Shown here one piece after another: positions 58,805 through 64,000 of a DNA stretch of 64,000 nucleotides (its first letter is position 1; every line of letters begins with the position of its first letter). The notes beneath the pieces were generated by a model, which saw only the letters and a program-made list of their open reading frames with translations, made no database searches and was not told the DNA's origin. Both the position numbers and the translations under genes were made by a program. The DNA is from an uncultured Gemmatimonadales bacterium (GTDB lineage: Bacteria > Gemmatimonadota > Gemmatimonadetes > Gemmatimonadales > GWC2-71-9): assembly GCA_963798915.1 (NCBI GenBank), contig CAWCVB010000003.1:64001-128000 (forward strand), read 5' to 3'.

Positions 58805-59098
58805 TCAGTCGGGCAGGTGCCGCATCAGGACACCGAACGCGACCTTGCGCGTGACAAAATAGATGACGATGACGCCGGCCGCGAGCCAGAGCCGGCCGGT
58901 CTGCGAGAGCGGGCCGCGGCTGACCGTATAGAAGGCCACACCCGCGGTGACCGCGAGGGAGATGAACCGGGCGTACCGACTTGCACGCAGGGAGCGTTGG
59001 CGCAGACAATCGGGGCAGAGGTCACCGAACCCGATACCCTTGACGAACGTCCCACAGCGGGCGCAGGGAACCTCAGCGAAGCCGCTGGGCAACTGCAT
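58805..59098 (-). CDS. Small zinc-ribbon membrane protein
   Basis: CARC...CPDC followed by two TM helices. Confidence 0.7.
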   Translation of the reverse strand: MQLPSGFAEVPCARCGTFVKGIGFGDLCPDCLRQRSLRASRYARFISLAVTAGVAFYTVSRGPLSQTGRLWLAAGVIVIYFVTRKVAFGVLMRHLPD

Positions 59099-60089
59099 CG
59101 CCGAACTCCCGGGTGGATGCAGATCCACCGAGATCACGGGTGCGGACGTTGTCGGCGACGATCACCGTCTCCACCGCCGCCCTGAGGCGCCGGGACCGAT
59201 CCGCCTCGCCGAGATGATCCAGCATCATCGCGCCCGCGAGGATGAGCGCCGATGGATTGGCCACGCCCTTGCCGGCGATGTCGGGTGCGCTGCCGTGCAC
59301 CGCCTCGAAGATGGCAGCATCCGGGCCGATATTGGCGCCCGGTGCCAGCCCCAACCCGCCAGCCAGCCCGGAGATCAGATCGCTCAGGATGTCACCGAAC
59401 ATGTTCGTCGTCACGATCACATCGAACTGCTCGGGCCGCATCACCAGCTGCATGGCGGCATTGTCGATGATCAGGTCGTTGGAGTCGATCCGGCCCCGGT
59501 ATTCCTGGCCGATCTTGCGCGCCGAGTCGAGGAACAGGCCGCTCACCGCCTTGAGAATGTTGGCCTTGTGCACGAAGGTCACCTTCTTCCGCCCATGGGC
59601 CAGGGCGTAGTCGAAGGCATAGCGGACGATCCGCTCGCACCCGATCCGGGTCACGATGGCAAGCGACTCCGCCACAGCCCGGGGGTCGTCGCCGACCGGA
59701 ACGTAATGTTCCACGCCAACGTAGAGTCCCTCGAGGTTCTCCCGCACCAGCACGATATCGACGTGGTCGAATCTTCCGCCCGGAACAATCGTGCGGGTCG
59801 GCCGGACGTTGGCATATAGCTGGAACTCCCGCCGAAGCTCCACGTTGACCGAGCGATAGCCCTCGCCTACCGGCGTCGTGAGCGGGCCCTTCAGGGCCAG
59901 CCCGGTGCGCCGGAGGCTCGCGACCGTCGCTTCCGGCAGGGGAGTTCCCTCCGCCGCCACCGCCGCCATGCCGCCAAGCTGGCGGTCCCACTTGAAGCCT
60001 GCCCCGGTTGCCTCAAGCACCTTGACCGTGGCATCAGAGATTTCAGGGCCGATCCCGTCGCCGGGGATCAGGGTGACTTCAAAAGCCAT
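59073..60089 (-). CDS. Isocitrate/isopropylmalate dehydrogenase family (probable NAD-IDH)
   Basis: IPGDGIGPE, KGPLTTP, SVNV.LR, RENLEGLY, HKANILK, NMFGDILSD, EAVHGSAPDIAGK. Confidence 0.92.
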   Translation of the reverse strand: MAFEVTLIPGDGIGPEISDATVKVLEATGAGFKWDRQLGGMAAVAAEGTPLPEATVASLRRTGLALKGPLTTPVGEGYRSVNVELRREFQLYANVRPTRTIVPGGRFDHVDIVLVRENLEGLYVGVEHYVPVGDDPRAVAESLAIVTRIGCERIVRYAFDYALAHGRKKVTFVHKANILKAVSGLFLDSARKIGQEYRGRIDSNDLIIDNAAMQLVMRPEQFDVIVTTNMFGDILSDLISGLAGGLGLAPGANIGPDAAIFEAVHGSAPDIAGKGVANPSALILAGAMMLDHLGEADRSRRLRAAVETVIVADNVRTRDLGGSASTREFGDAVAQRLR

Positions 60090-60098
60090 GCGGCAATC

Positions 60099-60719
60099 TC
60101 AGGGGAATACGGTGGCAGCGGCACGCTGTACCGCCAGGTCAGGAGAGGCACCACGGCCTACGGCAAGAGAGCGCCACACGACCGTGGCACGCCGGACATC
60201 CACCAGCGCCAGCGAAAGATCGGCGCGCCAACTGCTATCGGGTTCGCGGGAGAAACCGATCGCAGCCGGCACCAGCACCATCCGCCCACCGGCCAGCGCG
60301 ACGAACTTGCGGAGCGGCGAGGCGAGCTGGTCCGGCACATCCTTGACGCGCTCATTCCGTAGCATCGCCTGGCCCATTTCGTCCGGGTCGGCCAGCATGC
60401 CACCGGCGCGACGGGAGATCTTTCTCAGCTCGGGCGGCAGCACCCAGTTGACCTCGGGCGAACGCGAGACCAGTTCAGCATCCACCAGCGAGTCGGCACG
60501 CCGAAGCGCCGCCACTCGATCGGCCCACGGCTGCCAGGCGCTGTCCGCGGTCACAGCCGGGTCAGCTACCACATACGTGATTGGCAGCATGGCAACCTTT
60601 TGCCCGAGCAGCGGCGTCACGTCGAGCTGGTGATTCTCGAACTTGCTGTGCTGGGCCGAGGCGGGCGAAGTGACCGCGAGCGTGAACGGGGCCAGGAGCA
60701 AGAAATAAGGGAGGCGCAT
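60099..60719 (-). CDS. Hypothetical exported protein
   Basis: ATG 60719 gives a signal peptide (MRLPYFLLLAPFTLAVTSPASA-Q); the longer ORF start reads through a repeat array. Confidence 0.7.
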   Translation of the reverse strand: MRLPYFLLLAPFTLAVTSPASAQHSKFENHQLDVTPLLGQKVAMLPITYVVADPAVTADSAWQPWADRVAALRRADSLVDAELVSRSPEVNWVLPPELRKISRRAGGMLADPDEMGQAMLRNERVKDVPDQLASPLRKFVALAGGRMVLVPAAIGFSREPDSSWRADLSLALVDVRRATVVWRSLAVGRGASPDLAVQRAAATVFP

Positions 60720-60733
60720 GGGAGGGAATCTAA

Positions 60734-60818
60734 CCGGTCGTCGGACGACCGAGGACCGACGACCGACGACCGACGACCGACGACGGTCGACTTTCAAGTC
60801 ATGACCGTCGACGGTCGC
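60734..60818. repeat. Heptamer array (GACGACC)n with flanking GTCG units
   Basis: About five ACCGACG copies plus short inverted segments. Confidence 0.85.
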
Positions 60819-60819
60819 T

Positions 60820-61695
60820 CTACTCCAGCGAGATCCCCCCATCCACGACCAGCGTCTGGCCTGTGATGTGGCGGGCGGAATCCGAGCAGAGAAAACTCAC
60901 CACCCGGGCCACGTCTTCCGGTTCCGCGAGCCGGCCCAGGACGCTGTATTTCCGGGCCTTGTCCACCACCTCATCGGGCAGCATGCTCATCCGTTCGGTC
61001 CGGATGAAGCCCGGCGCAACCGCATTGACGTTGACATTGGCCGGTCCCAGCTCGACGGCGGCTGCCCGAGTCAGGCCTTCGACGGCCGCCTTGCTGGCGG
61101 CGTAGTTGGCCACGCCGAAGCCGGGCCGGGAGGTCTGATGGGCGCTGACGTTCACGATCTTGCCCCAGCGCTGTTCGCGGAACACCGGCGCCACCGACCG
61201 GATGCAGTTGAACGTGCCGGTGAGGTTGGTGTCCACCACCTCACGCCAGGCCTGCTCGGACAGTCGCCAGAGCGCGCCATCATTCGCGATACCGGCATTG
61301 TTGACCAGAAAATGGACGGTTCCGTGCCTCTCCCTGACGGCCGCGACGAACGCCTCGACTGCCTGCCTGTCTCGCACGTCGCATTTGGCGGCAAAGATGC
61401 CGACGCCAAAGCTGCTGAGGGAAGTTTCGGTGAGGAGGGCCTGCTCGGTCACGTCCCGGCCCGGCAGGTTCACATAGCAGAAGGCCACGTTGCAGCCGAG
61501 CCGGGCAAACTCATGCGAGACCGCCCGGCCCAGGCCGGTGGCGCCTCCGGTGATGATGGCGGTCTTGCCGCGGAACCCCTTGGGCATGGTCGGCTGCGCC
61601 TGAGCCTGCGGCTCAGCCACGGCCGTGCCCCTGCTCTCGGGTGCGTCACCCTCCCAATCGGGCTGCTGGCCGAAGCCGAATTTGGGTCGGTGCAT
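60820..61695 (-). CDS. SDR-family oxidoreductase (FabG-like)
   Basis: TGGATGLG, NNAG, YAASK, VAPGFI, VDGG; start at ATG 61695. Confidence 0.92.
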   Translation of the reverse strand: MHRPKFGFGQQPDWEGDAPESRGTAVAEPQAQAQPTMPKGFRGKTAIITGGATGLGRAVSHEFARLGCNVAFCYVNLPGRDVTEQALLTETSLSSFGVGIFAAKCDVRDRQAVEAFVAAVRERHGTVHFLVNNAGIANDGALWRLSEQAWREVVDTNLTGTFNCIRSVAPVFREQRWGKIVNVSAHQTSRPGFGVANYAASKAAVEGLTRAAAVELGPANVNVNAVAPGFIRTERMSMLPDEVVDKARKYSVLGRLAEPEDVARVVSFLCSDSARHITGQTLVVDGGISLE

Positions 61696-61715
61696 GGGCT
61701 GAACGTACGGCGGCT

Positions 61716-61806
61716 CGGCAGGCCGGGCAAGGCGGGCAGGGCGGGCAGGACGGGCGGGCGGACAGTGAAGGACGCGAGACTCGAGACTCGGGACTCGGGA
61801 CTCGGG
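61716..61806. repeat. Nonamer (GGCAGGGCG) and heptamer (GACTCGG/GACTCGA) arrays
   Basis: Four to five nonamers, then about five heptamers. Confidence 0.85.
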
Positions 61807-61916
61807 CCCCACGTCATTGCGTCGCCCTTCGTGCGGCCGCAGGCCGCACCTACACGGCGCTCGCAATGACGCCGCGAGGCGAGTTTGGTTGACCGTCGAC
61901 CGTCGACGCTCTTAGC

Positions 61917-62978
61917 TCAGAACGCCATCACAGCCTCGTCAGGACACCGATCCGGATGGAGCTGGTAGGATGTGACCGTCGTGGTGAGGCCACCCGCATC
62001 GGTGACGTACCGGTCGAGCAGGTAGAGCGTATCATGCCCGAAGGCAGGAACCGGAAGGACGTCGCCCGAGGCCGGCAGCGGAAGATCGACGCAGGCCTGG
62101 TGGGTCGCACGATTGAGAAGGGTGAGGTAGCTGCGCGGATTCACGATGGTCCGTGTCGACATGTCGAAATCCTGATCCCCATGCACGAGCGCCACCCACC
62201 CCTTGCCGACATCGGCGGCGCCAAACATTCCGGAAGCCGCCGAGAACATGGCCGGGAAATCCTGCGCCTGTCGCAGCCGCTCGGCCAAGTCCAGTGGTGT
62301 CCCCCGCCGCACGCGCGCCGGTACCGTGAATGAATCCACCACTCTGCCGCCGGTGTGAAGCACACGCGCCCAGGCGTAGCCATCGAGCAGCAGGAGCACC
62401 GAATCAGCCCAGGCCACGGCACGGCCGCTGGAGAAGACCCCGGTGAGCGAACTACCCTCGGTGAAGTCCGCCGGCACAGGCGCCATTGGCGTGAACGTAT
62501 TGCCATGCCGGTCCCAGCGGAGCAGCGATGTCGCACGGCTGACATTGACTCCGGGAATCCATCCGGTGTCGCCTTCCATGACCAGACTCTGCGGTGCTGA
62601 AGGTACGGTGATCGCGGTATCCGGCCTGCCGTTCAGGAACAGCGTAATGCGCTGCGCCATCATGTCGGCGACAGCGATCGTATCGCCAGGAAGCTGGACA
62701 ATGTCTACCGGGGCTTCAAACTCGCCAGGTCCTCGCCCGTGTCGTCCCACGGTTGCCAGGAACCGGCCATCGGGGTCGAAATGCACTATCCGATCACTCC
62801 CATTGTCCGCGACGTACCACGAACCATCGCGGGCGTGCAGCAGCCGGATAACCCGTTCGATCGCCGCCGAATCGGGCTCGGCCAGGATCACGGCGGCGAC
62901 GCTGTCGAGCGGGTTACCTGGCGCCCCCGCATGCTCCACCCCGTCCGGCGTGCCGCATGCCACGAGTGCACCGAGCAT
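61917..62978 (-). CDS. 6-bladed beta-propeller (NHL-like) putative lipoprotein
   Basis: YVAD..DRI.HFD.DGRFL..VGR.GRGPGEF; lipobox-like LVAC; true start unclear. Confidence 0.8.
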   Translation of the reverse strand: MLGALVACGTPDGVEHAGAPGNPLDSVAAVILAEPDSAAIERVIRLLHARDGSWYVADNGSDRIVHFDPDGRFLATVGRHGRGPGEFEAPVDIVQLPGDTIAVADMMAQRITLFLNGRPDTAITVPSAPQSLVMEGDTGWIPGVNVSRATSLLRWDRHGNTFTPMAPVPADFTEGSSLTGVFSSGRAVAWADSVLLLLDGYAWARVLHTGGRVVDSFTVPARVRRGTPLDLAERLRQAQDFPAMFSAASGMFGAADVGKGWVALVHGDQDFDMSTRTIVNPRSYLTLLNRATHQACVDLPLPASGDVLPVPAFGHDTLYLLDRYVTDAGGLTTTVTSYQLHPDRCPDEAVMAF

Positions 62979-63094
62979 CAGCGTGAATGCAGTATTCCGT
63001 ACCGGACCCCGTTGATGCGATGCCGGTCGTCTCAGCCGGTTGCCATACTCTACCCCATGCCCTCTTGCCTTTCTCTCGCGCCGAGCCGAGCGTT

Positions 63095-63664
63095 ATGGGT
63101 ATGCCAGAGACTGCGGGACAGGAAACGCGGGACGCGAGACGCTGGAGCCGGAAGGCGGTGCTGGCCTTGCCGGATGACGGCAATCGCTACGAACTCATTG
63201 ATGGCGAGCTGGTCGTGACGCCCGCGCCACGCGGTGCGCACCAGGTGATGGTGCGGGAACTCTTTCGCCTGCTGGACGGGTGCGCCCGTGCCATCGGCGG
63301 CGTGGAGGTCCTGTGGTCGCCCGCCGACATTTCCCTGGGCGAGGACGAAATCCTCCAGCCGGATCTGTTCGTCTATCGTACGGCCGCTGGCAAGCCGCTC
63401 CGGGAGTGGCACGATATCGAAGCGCTGCTCCTGGTGGTCGAAGTACTCTCTCCCGCCACCGCCCGCTACGACCGCCAGCTCAAGCGGCGGCGTTACCAGC
63501 GCGCAAAGGTGCCCGAATACTGGATTGTGGATCTCGATGCCCGGCTCATCGAGCGCTGGCGGCCGGATGATGATCGCCCGGAAGTGCTGGCGGACCGAAT
63601 TACCTGGATGCTCGAGCCCGGCGGCTCGCCATGCGACATCAATATCGCGGAGTTGTTCGCATAG
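63095..63664 (+). CDS. Uma2-family endonuclease, copy 4
   Basis: PDDGNRYELIDG, QPDL, EVLSP, KRRRY, VPEYWIVD; closest to copy 1. Confidence 0.93.
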   Translation: MGMPETAGQETRDARRWSRKAVLALPDDGNRYELIDGELVVTPAPRGAHQVMVRELFRLLDGCARAIGGVEVLWSPADISLGEDEILQPDLFVYRTAAGKPLREWHDIEALLLVVEVLSPATARYDRQLKRRRYQRAKVPEYWIVDLDARLIERWRPDDDRPEVLADRITWMLEPGGSPCDINIAELFA

Positions 63665-63665
63665 C

Positions 63666-64000
63666 TTATTCAATCAGCCCCAACGCCGCCTCCTCGATCC
63701 GATGCAGCCGGTCGGCCGATGCCGCCGGGTCGGCGCTGTTATCGGTATTCAGGACGGCAATGACCGCACGACCGGTGGCCGGATTGAGAAAGAGCAGCGA
63801 ACGAAATCCCGCCTGATAGCCAGTGTGCCCCACGATCGTGCTGCCGTCGCGGTGATAGACGAAGAACCCCATTCCCATCCAGTTGTCCCGGCCAGCATTG
63901 TACTCATCGCCCGAGATACGGAACGTCGGTTGCCACATCGCGCGGAGCGCTGAGGCGGGGAGCAGCTTGCGTGACCACGCCGTGTCACCCTTCGCGATGG
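63666..64000 (-). CDS. Serine hydrolase / beta-lactamase-family protein, C-terminal part
   Basis: GMGF, GHTG...GF, LN motifs; gene likely begins beyond the window edge. Confidence 0.7.
   Translation of the reverse strand, partial: IAKGDTAWSRKLLPASALRAMWQPTFRISGDEYNAGRDNWMGMGFFVYHRDGSTIVGHTGYQAGFRSLLFLNPATGRAVIAVLNTDNSADPAASADRLHRIEEAALGLIE

Overview
High-GC bacterial chromosomal window, mostly housekeeping genes. Gene content (GWxTD protein, 6-bladed propeller lipoprotein, multiple Uma2 paralogues) suggests Gemmatimonadota, which is an inference. Core content: late menaquinone genes (menG, ubiD, ubiA, ubiX), an ECF sigma/anti-sigma operon, Fe-S carriers, three amino-acid transporters around guaB, gpmI, a Moco cluster, a yybP-ykoY Mn riboswitch upstream of htpX-terC, dapD, nadBAC, ETF/ETF-QO/acyl-CoA dehydrogenase and an IDH-family dehydrogenase. 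No tRNA, rRNA, transposase, integrase or cas gene was seen. The most unusual layer is non-coding. About 20 gene junctions carry 7-, 8- or 9-mer tandem arrays, often as inverted pairs. One pair brackets a four-helix-bundle gene inserted antisense inside the acyl-CoA dehydrogenase-etfBA operon, and related arrays abut the stops of three tandem Uma2 nuclease genes. Other points: a solitary type I-E-like CRISPR repeat next to several hairpins, many apparently leaderless genes, a 43-aa NSS-transporter small subunit missed by the ORF track, a subclass B3 metallo-beta-lactamase and a frameshifted MFS gene. All calls come from reading motifs; no searches were run.
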